This document shows, in pieces, positions 1-8,680 of a stretch of 64,000 nt of DNA; position 1 is the stretch's first letter; each line of letters opens with the position of its first letter. The translations under genes and the position numbers were made by a program. Below the pieces are notes generated by a model. It made no database searches and had not been told where the DNA came from. It worked only from the letters and a program-made list of their open reading frames with translations. Source of the DNA: Ruminococcus sp. (GTDB taxonomy: Bacteria; Bacillota; Clostridia; Oscillospirales; Ruminococcaceae); NCBI GenBank assembly GCA_015066845.1, contig SVNO01000002.1, positions 18,351-82,350 of the forward strand. The letters run 5' to 3'.

Positions 1-78
1 CCACCGGCATCCGCAACAGGGAATAGTAAAAAGAAGCGCACGGAAAAGCCTTCTATCCGTGCCTGACAGGAGGAAACC

Positions 79-681
79 ATGAAGTTCAATGATGCCACGT
101 TCGCGATGGCTTGCGGCAAATGTTCCCAGCTCCCGAAAACCGGACGCATGGAATTTGCCTTTCTCGGACGTTCCAATGTCGGAAAATCCACATTGATTAA
201 CAAAATTGTCGGGAGAAAGTCACTGGCGAGAGTCAGTGCCGTTCCCGGCAAAACGGCGACCATCAATTTTTATGCTGTGGATTCGGTGTATTTTGTGGAT
301 TTGCCCGGCTATGGCTATGCAAAGACCTCCAAATCCGAGCAGGAACGCCTGAAAAAGCTGATTTTCGGTTATTTGCAGGAGGACAGGGATTTGCGCCTTG
401 CCATCCAGCTGGTGGACATGCGCCACAAGCCCTCCGCAGACGACCTGACCATGATCAACGCCCTGATTGACGCGGAAATTCCGTTCATCATCGTCTTTAC
501 CAAGGCGGACAAGCTCAACAAGACCGAGCGCGAACGACGTATGCGCGGCTTTGCGCAGGAAATCCCGTGCTATGAGGATATCCACACCATCGCCTATTCT
601 GCCAAGACCTTTGAGGGGCAGGAGGAGCTTCGCGCCCTCTTGTCCGACATTGCTGAGGAAGCCGATGAGGATGACGAATGA
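79..681 (+). CDS. engB: Ribosome-biogenesis GTPase EngB/YsxC
   Basis: 200-aa ORF with P-loop GRSNVGKSTLINK, G3 DLPGYG and G4 TKADK; AGGAGGA RBS at 67-73. Confidence 0.93.
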   Translation: MKFNDATFAMACGKCSQLPKTGRMEFAFLGRSNVGKSTLINKIVGRKSLARVSAVPGKTATINFYAVDSVYFVDLPGYGYAKTSKSEQERLKKLIFGYLQEDRDLRLAIQLVDMRHKPSADDLTMINALIDAEIPFIIVFTKADKLNKTERERRMRGFAQEIPCYEDIHTIAYSAKTFEGQEELRALLSDIAEEADEDDE

Positions 682-775
682 AATATTTTTGTAAAATTTT
701 CTAAAAAAGGCTTTACTTTTATGCAATAATGTGTTAAAATATAAGTACCAATATTGCACGAAAGGATGGAACCCA

Positions 776-1126
776 ATGAAAAGAGGAAAGTTTAAGCCTT
801 CCGCGCTGGATGAATTGTATGAAGCAATCCTGTGTCTGGAAACCAAAGAGGAATGCAGTGCATTTTTTGATGACCTTTGCACTGTTCTGGAGCTTCAGAC
901 GCTCTCACAAAGACTTCAGGTTGCAAAAATGCTGCGTGAGCATCATGTGTACAGTGATATCGTCAATGTTACCGGTGCCAGCACAGCAACAATCAGCCGC
1001 GTTAATCGTTCGCTCAACTACCAGAGCAAGAATGGTTATGACATTGTGTTCAACCGGATGGAGGAGCAGCACAAGTACCACAGGACTGAGCTTGCAGATG
1101 CTGAACCGGATGAATCAGAAGAATAA
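776..1126 (+). CDS. yerC: YerC/YecD family TrpR-related protein
   Basis: LYEAILCLETKEECSAFFDDLCTVLELQTLSQRLQVAKML...TGASTATISRVNRSL is typical of the YerC family. The internal ATG at 776 (MKRGKF) is preferred over the ORF-track start at 731. Confidence 0.85.
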   Translation: MKRGKFKPSALDELYEAILCLETKEECSAFFDDLCTVLELQTLSQRLQVAKMLREHHVYSDIVNVTGASTATISRVNRSLNYQSKNGYDIVFNRMEEQHKYHRTELADAEPDESEE

Positions 1127-1140
1127 GTGACAAAACTGGG

Positions 1141-1173
1141 ACAGCTCTCCGTAAGGAGGGCTGTTCTTTTTTT
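1141..1173 (+). terminator. Intrinsic terminator after yerC
   Basis: Stem ACAGCTCTCC/GGAGGGCTGT (one mismatch) followed by TCTTTTTTT. Confidence 0.7.
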
Positions 1174-1252
1174 GAATATGAAATTGTTGTGAATTCTACC
1201 GTGACTTGTGCTAAAAAAACATATCTGCAATATTTAGGGTGCAAGATGCAAA

Positions 1253-1281
1253 TTGACAAACGTCCTTTTTTCAGGTATAAT
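1253..1281 (+). promoter_or_regulatory. Promoter of the PL11 lyase gene (perfect TTGACA-17-TATAAT)
   Basis: Hexamers at 1253-1258 and 1276-1281. Confidence 0.75.
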
Positions 1282-1390
1282 TAAGACATAAGGTATCAGC
1301 GGCGTATGAGGGTACGCCATGATAATGACTGGAAACACGCAGACATTGCCCTGCAATGCTGCACGACATTTTTAACGAGGTGGAATTGTT

Positions 1391-4300
1391 ATGAAAAAGA
1401 AATTTGGGGCAGCCCTGCTCGCAGGTGTAATGAGTCTGTCACTCTGCGCAGGACTTGTACCGCAGACAGAACTGCCGATGTCTGCATCCGCAGCAGGCGC
1501 AAGTCTGGAGTATCTCAACCGCGGTATTACCGCCGTGAAAACCGGTGACGGAATGCTTGTCAGCTGGCGTTTTCTGGCAACTGACCCTGCCAATGCCATT
1601 TTCAAGCTCTACCGTGACAACACACTGGTTTATACCAGTGAAGCCGGTGCGCCGACCTGCTTCTGGGATGCAAGCGGTTCAACATCCAGCAGCTACCGTG
1701 TGGAAACCTACGATGGTACGGCACTGCTGAGCAATGAAAGCTGCGCGATGATTGCAGGCAGCAATTACTTCGATATTCCTCTTGATTCCCCCGGCAGCAT
1801 TTATTCTCCCAATGACTGCTCCGTGGGTGACGTGGACGGTGACGGCGACTATGAAATCTTCGTCAAGTGGGATCCGAACAACTCAAAGGATAATTCCAAG
1901 GATGGCGTGACCGATAAGGTTTATATCGACTGCTACACACTTGAGGGCAAGAAACTCTGGAGAATTGACTTTGGCGTGAACATCCGTGCAGGCGCACATT
2001 ATACACAGTTCCTCGTTGCCGACTTCGATCTGGATGGCAAGGCAGAGATGACATGCAAGACAGCCGATGGTACAATTGACGGTACAGGCAAGGTCATCGG
2101 CGACAAGAGCAAGGACTACAGAAATTCCGGCGGTTACATCCTGTCCGGTCCGGAATATTACACCCTGTTTGATGGTATGACCGGTGCGGCACTCGATACT
2201 GTCGATTATGAGCATCCGCGCGGTGAAGTTTCCAAGTCAACATGGGGCGATAATTACGGCAACCGTGTAGACCGTTTCCTCGGTGCAGTGATGTACTGTG
2301 ACGGCGTAAAGCCCAGTGCAGTGTCCGTGCGCGGATACTATACAAGAATGACCGCTGTTGCGTATGATGTCGTGGATAAGAAGCTCGTCAAGCGTTGGGC
2401 ATTCGATACGGGCTATAATTCCTCCGCAGCCGGCTATGGCGACGGTAACCACAACTGTATGCCTGCCGATGTGGATGGTGATGGCAAGCAGGAGCTTGTA
2501 CTTGGTGCATCCTGTCTGGATGATGACGGCACAATGCTCTGGTGCAACAATAAGGGACATGGCGATGCAATGCATCTGAGCGATTTCCTGCCGGATCGTG
2601 CCGGTCAGGAGCTTTGGGTATGCCATGAGGTGAGCCCTTATGGTGTAACTCTGATTGATGCTGCAAATGGCAAGACCATTTTCCATGTGGACAATTCCAA
2701 GGACACCGGACGTTGTGCAGCCGGCAATGTATGGGCAGGCAACGATGGCGGTGAATTCTGGGGTATGGGACAGATTTTCAACGGCACAGGTGCAAATCTC
2801 TCCTGCAAGGTTCCGGCAGTCAACTTCCTGACCTACTGGGACGGCGACTTGGAGCGTGAGCTGCTCGATGGCGGCGACAATGCACCGGCAGCCATTACTG
2901 ATGTCAAGGAAGATGGTTCTATCCAGACCATTCTGAAAACAGACGGCTATCTGACCTGTAATTCCACAAAGGCAACACCCAGCCTTTCTGCCGACCTGTT
3001 CGGTGACTGGCGTGAAGAGCTGGTGCTCCGTGCAGCAGACGGTAAGTCCCTGCGCGTTTTCACAACACCCTACGATACAAAGTACCGTATCACAACTCTG
3101 ATGCATGACCCACAGTACAGAATGCAGGTTTCTGCACAGAATACTTCCTACAACCAGCCGCCGCACACAAGCTTCTACCTTGGTTCTGACAAGGATGTGC
3201 CGACCAATCCGGGCGGTACAACAACACCGCCGGCTCTCAAGGAAGGCGCAGTGCTCGACACTTCTTACACCTATAGAATCAAGAACCAGAACAGCGGTCT
3301 GTATCTGGAAGTCAAGGATGCACTGGCAGAAAACGGCGCGAATGTGCAGCAGGGCACAACCGGTGCGACTGAATGGACGCTGGCAGAGGGCACGGATGGA
3401 TATTACTACCTCTATTCCACACTGGGCGATGGAAAGACATTCCTGTTGGACATCGACCGTGGCTTGCAGGACAACGGCACCAACATCGGCATCTGGGAAA
3501 ATACCAACTGTGACGCACAGCTGTTCAAGTTCGTAAAAAATGCCGACGGCACATACAACATCTGCACAAAGGTAACAGGTGACAAGAGCGCGATCGGTGT
3601 CAGTGGCGGCAGCACAGAAGCAGGTGCGAATGTCATTGAATGGGAATGCGATGGTACAGCAAACCAGAACTGGACGCTGGAAATTGTACTGCCGGAACTC
3701 AAGGGTACAGTTGTGGAAAGTATCCAGACCTTTGACCCTGCAACTCACCAGTTCTGGAAAGTGGACGATAAAATTCAGGTAGGCGACTTCATATTCGGCG
3801 ACCGTGATTTCACCTACACACAGCTTCCGGCAGAGCTGGAGGGTGCAGAAGCCATCCTGACTCCCTGTGATGCAAAGTTCCTGAAAACCGACCTTGCAGT
3901 GCTCACAGCAGCAAAGGATATGACGGTATATGTTGCAATGGACAGCCGCGTTGAACCCCTGCCGGCATGGCTGGATGACTGGACAAAGACGGATATGACT
4001 GCAGCAAGCAGCAATGACGTGGTATTTCACCTGTATGCCAAGGAGCTGAATGCAGCGCAGTCCGTAACACTTGGCGCGAATGGACAGGACTCCTACTGCG
4101 TCAACTATACCGTATTCTCTGTAGAGAAGAAGGCAGAGGAAACCACTGCACCTGCGCAGACAACCACAACAACGACTACAAATTCGTCTGCAACCACCAC
4201 CACAACCACAACCAGCACTACAGAGGAGCCGTCCGGTCTGCTGTATGGTGATGTGAACGAGGATGGAGAAGTGAGCATTGTAGACGTACTGGTACTCAAC

Positions 4301-4444
4301 CGTAACCTGCTGGCAGGCGATCCGCTGACGCAAAACGGCACACTTGCAGCGGACGTGGATAAGGACGGTGCGCCGACCGCAGCAGACGCGCTCCTGATTC
4401 TGAAGCACACAATCGGTCTGGTAACAAAACTGCCGGTTGCATGA
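1391..4444 (+). CDS. Secreted multimodular rhamnogalacturonan lyase (PL11/YesW-like) with ricin-type CBM13, an unassigned module, a Thr-rich linker and a type-I dockerin
   Basis: Signal peptide MKKKFGAALLAGVMSLSLCAG. FG-GAP/beta-propeller motifs (VGDVDGDGDYEIFVKWDP, ADFDLDGKAEM, ADVDGDGKQELV) as in YesW/YesX. QxW-type ricin repeats (ATEWTL, AQLFKF, NQNWTL). Linker TTTTTTNSSATTTTTTTSTT. C-terminal GDVNEDGEVSIVD...ADVDKDGAPTAADA dockerin. Confidence 0.85.
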   Translation: MKKKFGAALLAGVMSLSLCAGLVPQTELPMSASAAGASLEYLNRGITAVKTGDGMLVSWRFLATDPANAIFKLYRDNTLVYTSEAGAPTCFWDASGSTSSSYRVETYDGTALLSNESCAMIAGSNYFDIPLDSPGSIYSPNDCSVGDVDGDGDYEIFVKWDPNNSKDNSKDGVTDKVYIDCYTLEGKKLWRIDFGVNIRAGAHYTQFLVADFDLDGKAEMTCKTADGTIDGTGKVIGDKSKDYRNSGGYILSGPEYYTLFDGMTGAALDTVDYEHPRGEVSKSTWGDNYGNRVDRFLGAVMYCDGVKPSAVSVRGYYTRMTAVAYDVVDKKLVKRWAFDTGYNSSAAGYGDGNHNCMPADVDGDGKQELVLGASCLDDDGTMLWCNNKGHGDAMHLSDFLPDRAGQELWVCHEVSPYGVTLIDAANGKTIFHVDNSKDTGRCAAGNVWAGNDGGEFWGMGQIFNGTGANLSCKVPAVNFLTYWDGDLERELLDGGDNAPAAITDVKEDGSIQTILKTDGYLTCNSTKATPSLSADLFGDWREELVLRAADGKSLRVFTTPYDTKYRITTLMHDPQYRMQVSAQNTSYNQPPHTSFYLGSDKDVPTNPGGTTTPPALKEGAVLDTSYTYRIKNQNSGLYLEVKDALAENGANVQQGTTGATEWTLAEGTDGYYYLYSTLGDGKTFLLDIDRGLQDNGTNIGIWENTNCDAQLFKFVKNADGTYNICTKVTGDKSAIGVSGGSTEAGANVIEWECDGTANQNWTLEIVLPELKGTVVESIQTFDPATHQFWKVDDKIQVGDFIFGDRDFTYTQLPAELEGAEAILTPCDAKFLKTDLAVLTAAKDMTVYVAMDSRVEPLPAWLDDWTKTDMTAASSNDVVFHLYAKELNAAQSVTLGANGQDSYCVNYTVFSVEKKAEETTAPAQTTTTTTTNSSATTTTTTTSTTEEPSGLLYGDVNEDGEVSIVDVLVLNRNLLAGDPLTQNGTLAADVDKDGAPTAADALLILKHTIGLVTKLPVA
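3265..3685 (+). other. Ricin-B/CBM13-like lectin module inside the PL11 protein
   Basis: Three-fold repeat pattern with QxW-like motifs (EWTL, QLFKF, QNWTL) and YLEV/LLDI hydrophobic cores. Confidence 0.7.
4235..4441 (+). other. Type-I dockerin module (two Ca-binding repeats)
   Basis: GDVNEDGEVSIVDVLVLNRNLL and ADVDKDGAPTAADALLILKHTIG duplicated F-hand repeats. Confidence 0.85.
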
Positions 4445-4469
4445 CGCGGAGCTGCTGAAAAGAAACTAT

Positions 4470-4500
4470 CCCCCTTGATGTGAGTCAAGGGGGAATTTTT
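4470..4500 (+). terminator. Intrinsic terminator after the PL11 lyase gene
   Basis: 9-bp stem CCCCCTTGA/TCAAGGGGG followed by AATTTTT. Confidence 0.8.
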
Positions 4501-4524
4501 CATCTGTACAGTACCGGAAATGGC

Positions 4525-4801
4525 GGGGTTGGGGGCAGTTACAGGGGTGATAACCCCAGAAAAAGACTTTTTCTACAAGCTGAAAGGACGGAGTCCTTTG
4601 GCGGATTAGAGGGTACGCAGTACCCTCCCAATGCAGTCCCTCCCCCTTTGGGGCAATGTCATCAACTTAAGCGGGGGCAAGGGGACGATAGCCCCCAAGC
4701 GGGGTTCCAAGGGGCGCATCCCCGTGGGCGGTGGAGGCGGCGCAGCCGCCTCCCATAATCCCCCTCCCTTTGGGAGGGGGCAGGGGGTGGGGCAGTTTGG
4801 G
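4525..4801. repeat. Non-coding cluster of G/C-tract hairpins and G-quadruplex motifs bounded by an imperfect direct repeat
   Basis: Direct repeat GGGGTTGGGGGCAGTT (4525-4540) / GGGGGTGGGGCAGTT (4783-4797). Perfect hairpins at 4558-4574, 4583-4599, 4609-4627, 4673-4696, 4733-4753 and 4760-4780. G-runs at 4772-4801. Confidence 0.6.
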
Positions 4802-4852
4802 TAAGCTTCGATAAAGAAAAATTGATTTGTGTGTAAATTTCCTGTAAATTAC

Positions 4853-4881
4853 TTGACAAATCAACCGAAATATTGTACTAT
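4853..4881 (+). promoter_or_regulatory. Distal candidate promoter of adhE (TTGACA-17-TACTAT)
   Basis: Hexamers at 4853-4858 and 4876-4881, preceded by the tandem TGTAAATT repeats (4832-4839 and 4843-4850). Confidence 0.55.
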
Positions 4882-5043
4882 ATTCTTATAGCACATCCAT
4901 CCTCCCTCAGGGTTTCTGCCCGAACTGTTGTATAGAATTCCTCATCATGGTGCATAATAATGTGACGGCACATTTGTAAAAAATGCATAAAAACTCCAGT
5001 GAGATTCTCATGAAAAATGGCTGTTAACAGGTGCAAAAATCCA

Positions 5044-5072
5044 TTGACAAAAATATAACGATGTGCTACAAT
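5044..5072 (+). promoter_or_regulatory. Proximal promoter of adhE (TTGACA-17-TACAAT)
   Basis: Hexamers at 5044-5049 and 5067-5072, about 70 nt upstream of the adhE ATG. Confidence 0.75.
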
Positions 5073-5141
5073 AGAATTGTAAGGATGAGGTACATCCTGA
5101 ACAAGAAGATTCCGAACGCTTTAGAATGGAGAGGAAAATTT

Positions 5142-7760
5142 ATGAATGATGTGAACACAACTGCCAAGACGGAAGTACTGGTGGACAGTGTGGATACACT
5201 GATGGTAAAAATACAGGAAATCCGCGCAGCACAGGCAAAATTTGCATCCTACACACAGGAGCAGGTTGACAGAATCTTCAAGGCTGCGGCAATCGCTGCC
5301 AACCATGCAAGAATTCCGCTGGCAAAAATGGCTGTGGAAGAAACCGGCATGGGCGTTGTTGAGGATAAGGTCATCAAGAATAACTATGCAGCAGAGCATA
5401 TTTACAATGCTTTCAAAAATACCAAGACCTGCGGTGTCATCGAGGAGGATAAGGTGTTCGGTACAATGACCATCGCAGAGCCGATTGGTGTTGTCGCTGC
5501 CGTAATCCCCACCACAAACCCGACTTCTACCGCAATTTTCAAGTGCCTGATTTCTCTGAAAACAAGAAACGGTATCATCATCAGCCCCCATCCGAGAGCT
5601 AAGAAGTCCACAATTGCAGCTGCTAAAATTGTACTCGAAGCTGCTGTCAAGGCTGGTGCACCTGAGGGTATTATCGGCTGGATTGACATTCCCTCTCTGG
5701 AAATGACCAATACAGTGATGAAGGAATCCGACATCATTCTCGCAACCGGCGGCCCCGGCATGGTAAAGGCTGCATATTCCAGCGGTAAGCCTGCACTGGG
5801 CGTAGGTGCTGGTAATACCCCTGCCATCATTGATGTGTCCGCTGATATCCAGCTCGCTGTCAATTCCATCATCCACTCCAAGACTTTCGACAATGGCATG
5901 ATTTGTGCATCCGAACAGTCCGTCATCGTGGATAAGAGCATCTACAAGGATGTCAAGAAGGAATTTGAAAAGCGCGGCTGCTATTTCCTCACCGCAGAGG
6001 AAACGGAAAAGGTACGCAAGACCATCATCATCAACGGCGCACTGAATGCGAAAATCGTAGGTCAGCCGGCTGCTGTCATTGCGGAACTTGCCGGTGTCAA
6101 GGTGGACCCCGATACAAAGATTATCATTGGCGAAGTGACCAATGTTTCCATTGATGAAGAATTTGCACATGAAAAGCTTTCTCCGGTACTGGCAATGTAT
6201 AAGTCCGAAAACTTTGAGGACGCAATGGATAAGGCGGACAGACTCGTGCAGGACGGCGGCTTCGGTCATACTTCCTCGCTGTATGTGAATGCTGTTACAG
6301 AAAGAGAGAAAATCGCTGCATTTGGAGAAAAAATGAAAACCTGCCGTATTCTGGTCAATACACCTTCTTCCCACGGCGGCATCGGCGACCTTTACAACTT
6401 CAATCTCGCACCCTCTCTGACACTGGGCTGCGGTTCATGGGGCGGCAACTCCGTTTCTGAAAACGTTGGCGTAAAGCACCTGATCAATATCAAGACTGTC
6501 GCAGAGAGGAGAGAGAATATGCTGTGGTTCAGAACTCCGCAGAAGGTATACTTCAAAAAGGGCTGCCTGCCGATTGCCCTCGATGAGCTGAAGAACGTAC
6601 TGGGCAAGAAGCGCGTGTTCCTCGTAACCGACAGCTTCCTGTATAAGAATGGCTATACCAAGTGCATTACCGATAAGCTTGATGCTATGGGCATTGCACA
6701 CACCACCTTTGCCGACGTAGAACCCGATCCGACACTGCTCTCCGCACAGAAGGGTGCAGAGGCTATGACAAAGTTCGAGCCGGATTGCATCATCGCACTG
6801 GGCGGCGGTTCTGCAATGGACGCTGCAAAGATAATGTGGGTACTCTATGAGCATCCCGATGCAGACTTTATGGATATGGCAATGCGCTTTATCGACATCC
6901 GCAAGAGAGTTTACACATTCCCGAAGATGGGAGAAAAGGCATATTTCATCGCCGTTCCCACATCCTCCGGTACAGGCTCCGAGGTAACACCCTTTGCTGT
7001 TATCACTGACCAGAACACCGGTATCAAGTATCCGCTGGCAGACTATGAGCTGCTCCCGAATATGGCAATCATCGACACTGACCTGATGATGAGCGCACCC
7101 AAGGGACTGACCTCTGCATCCGGTATTGACGCGCTGACACACGCATTGGAAGCCTATGCATCCGTTATGGCAACTGATTACACAGACGGTCTGGCACTCA
7201 AGGCAATGAAGAATATCTTCGAGTACCTGCCGGCTGCTTACAATGACGGCAATGACGTAGTAGCCCGTGAGAAGATGGCAAATGCATCCACTATTGCAGG
7301 TATGGCGTTTGCCAATGCATTCCTCGGCGTATGCCACTCCATGGCGCACAAGCTCGGCGCATTCCACCACCTGCCGCACGGCGTTGCAAACGCGCTGCTG
7401 ATTATCGAGGTAATGCGTTTCAATATCGCAGCTGCACCGCGTAAAATGGGCACATTCTCTCAGTACCAGTATCCGCAGGCATTGGAGCGTTATGCGGAAT
7501 GCGCAAGATTCTGCGGCGTAAGCGGTAAGAATGACAATGAAGTATTCGAGAAGTTCTGCAAGAAGATTGAAGAACTCAAGGAAGCCATCGGCATCAAGAA
7601 GTGCATCAAGGACTATGGCATTGAAGAATCCGTATTCCTCGAAACACTCGATGAAATGACCGAGCAGGCATTCGATGACCAGTGCACTGGCGCAAATCCG
7701 AGATACCCGCTGATGAAGGAAATCAAGGAAATGTACCTGAATGCATACTATGGCAAATAA
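5142..7760 (+). CDS. adhE: Bifunctional acetaldehyde-CoA/alcohol dehydrogenase AdhE
   Basis: N-terminal aldehyde dehydrogenase domain (NGMICASEQS catalytic Cys region) fused to an Fe-ADH domain (GGGSAMDAAK, histidine-rich AHKLGAFHHLPHG). The ATG at 5142 has a GGAGAGG RBS. The ORF-track GTG at 5031 lies over the promoter. Confidence 0.96.
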   Translation: MNDVNTTAKTEVLVDSVDTLMVKIQEIRAAQAKFASYTQEQVDRIFKAAAIAANHARIPLAKMAVEETGMGVVEDKVIKNNYAAEHIYNAFKNTKTCGVIEEDKVFGTMTIAEPIGVVAAVIPTTNPTSTAIFKCLISLKTRNGIIISPHPRAKKSTIAAAKIVLEAAVKAGAPEGIIGWIDIPSLEMTNTVMKESDIILATGGPGMVKAAYSSGKPALGVGAGNTPAIIDVSADIQLAVNSIIHSKTFDNGMICASEQSVIVDKSIYKDVKKEFEKRGCYFLTAEETEKVRKTIIINGALNAKIVGQPAAVIAELAGVKVDPDTKIIIGEVTNVSIDEEFAHEKLSPVLAMYKSENFEDAMDKADRLVQDGGFGHTSSLYVNAVTEREKIAAFGEKMKTCRILVNTPSSHGGIGDLYNFNLAPSLTLGCGSWGGNSVSENVGVKHLINIKTVAERRENMLWFRTPQKVYFKKGCLPIALDELKNVLGKKRVFLVTDSFLYKNGYTKCITDKLDAMGIAHTTFADVEPDPTLLSAQKGAEAMTKFEPDCIIALGGGSAMDAAKIMWVLYEHPDADFMDMAMRFIDIRKRVYTFPKMGEKAYFIAVPTSSGTGSEVTPFAVITDQNTGIKYPLADYELLPNMAIIDTDLMMSAPKGLTSASGIDALTHALEAYASVMATDYTDGLALKAMKNIFEYLPAAYNDGNDVVAREKMANASTIAGMAFANAFLGVCHSMAHKLGAFHHLPHGVANALLIIEVMRFNIAAAPRKMGTFSQYQYPQALERYAECARFCGVSGKNDNEVFEKFCKKIEELKEAIGIKKCIKDYGIEESVFLETLDEMTEQAFDDQCTGANPRYPLMKEIKEMYLNAYYGK

Positions 7761-7843
7761 TGCTGAATAATCGCACCAAATCGTATCCCTGCCGGCATCC
7801 GGCAGGGGATGGCTGAATATTACTTTGAAAGGAGAAATGAACC

Positions 7844-8584
7844 ATGGAAGTACTTGCACAGCGTCCGACAAAGGTTGTATACCGCGAGGGCAATTACGCA
7901 GTCAAGGAGTTCAACGAGGATTATTCCAAGGCAGATGTCCTCAATGAAGCGTTGAATCAGGCAAGAGTGGAGGAAACCGGACTTGCAATTCCGAAGCTCG
8001 TGGAGGTCAGAAAAATCGACAATAAGTGGGCAATTGTAATGGAATACGTTGAGGGTAAGACCATTGCACAGCTCATGGAGGAGCATCCTGACAAGGTGGA
8101 TGAATATCTCGAAAAATTTGTGGATGTACAGCTTTCCATCCACCAGCAGCGCGCACCGCTGCTGAACAAGCTCAAGGACAAGATGAACCGCAAGATTTCG
8201 GAAACAGAGCTGGATGCTACCACACGTTATGACCTGCACACCCGTCTGGAGGGTATGCCCAAGCATAACAAGGTATGCCACGGCGACCTTGGTCTGTCCG
8301 ATGTCATCATCACCGAATCCGGCGAAGCATTCATTATTGACTGGGCACATGCTACACAGGGCAATGCCGCAGCCGATGCTGCACGTTCCTACCTCAAGCT
8401 TTGTCTGGAGGGCAAGGGCGAGCTTGCAAGCAAGTATCTCAGACTGTTCTGCAAGAAGAGCGATACTGCAAAGCAGTATGTACAGAAGTGGATGCCCATT
8501 GTTGCAGCGTCCCAGACTGTCAAGGGCAGAGCAGAGGAGAGAGAATTGCTGCTGAGCTGGGTGAATGTTGTAGAATACGAGTAA
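7844..8584 (+). CDS. Phosphotransferase (APH/choline-kinase-like) family protein
   Basis: Kinase-fold motifs VKEF (Lys), HGDLGLSDVI (catalytic loop) and IIDWAHA (metal-binding Asp); GGAG RBS 9 nt upstream. Confidence 0.75.
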   Translation: MEVLAQRPTKVVYREGNYAVKEFNEDYSKADVLNEALNQARVEETGLAIPKLVEVRKIDNKWAIVMEYVEGKTIAQLMEEHPDKVDEYLEKFVDVQLSIHQQRAPLLNKLKDKMNRKISETELDATTRYDLHTRLEGMPKHNKVCHGDLGLSDVIITESGEAFIIDWAHATQGNAAADAARSYLKLCLEGKGELASKYLRLFCKKSDTAKQYVQKWMPIVAASQTVKGRAEERELLLSWVNVVEYE

Positions 8585-8625
8585 TGCACAGCTTGCAGGC
8601 AAAGCGTTTGTTCACATAATAGGAT

Positions 8626-8674
8626 AAAAATCCTGTCAAATTCCGGTATTTCGCCGGTTTGACAGGATTTTTTC
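8626..8674. terminator. Bidirectional terminator between the kinase-like gene and the GGDEF gene
   Basis: Stem AAAAATCCTGTCAAA/TTTGACAGGATTTTT with an inner CCGG...CCGG stem; A- and T-runs on both sides. Confidence 0.8.
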
Positions 8675-8680
8675 ATTACC

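Noticed and set aside
1-66. A possible 3' end of an upstream gene (frame 1 is open to a TGA at 64-66; Lon often precedes engB in Firmicutes).
   Set aside because: Only 21 codons are visible, a second frame is equally open, and nothing identifies a family. There is not enough to report it as a feature.
4160-4222. A repetitive ACC/ACA/ACG tract that could be mistaken for a tandem repeat or a CRISPR-like array.
   Set aside because: It lies in frame inside the PL11 gene and encodes the Thr-rich interdomain linker (TTTTTTNSSATTTTTTTSTT). It has no spacer-repeat periodicity.
4480-4864. Three overlapping ORFs of 65-92 aa in the region between the PL11 gene and adhE.
   Set aside because: Their Gly/Pro/Arg-rich low-complexity translations are produced by G- and C-tracts. 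They have no RBS and overlap one another on both strands. I treat the region as non-coding structured DNA or RNA instead (see findings).
4959-5030. Possible Rex (redox repressor) boxes upstream of adhE.
   Set aside because: AATGTGACGGCACATT has TGTG-N4-CACA spacing rather than the Rex TGTGA-N6-TCACA arrangement. CTGTTAACAG lacks the 4-nt central spacer of the clostridial TTGTTAA-N4-TTAACAA motif. I kept them only as generic operator candidates.
5031-5141. A 37-codon N-terminal extension of adhE from a GTG start, given in the ORF track.
   Set aside because: The extension covers the TTGACA-17-TACAAT promoter. The ATG at 5142 has a proper RBS and gives the canonical AdhE N-terminus.
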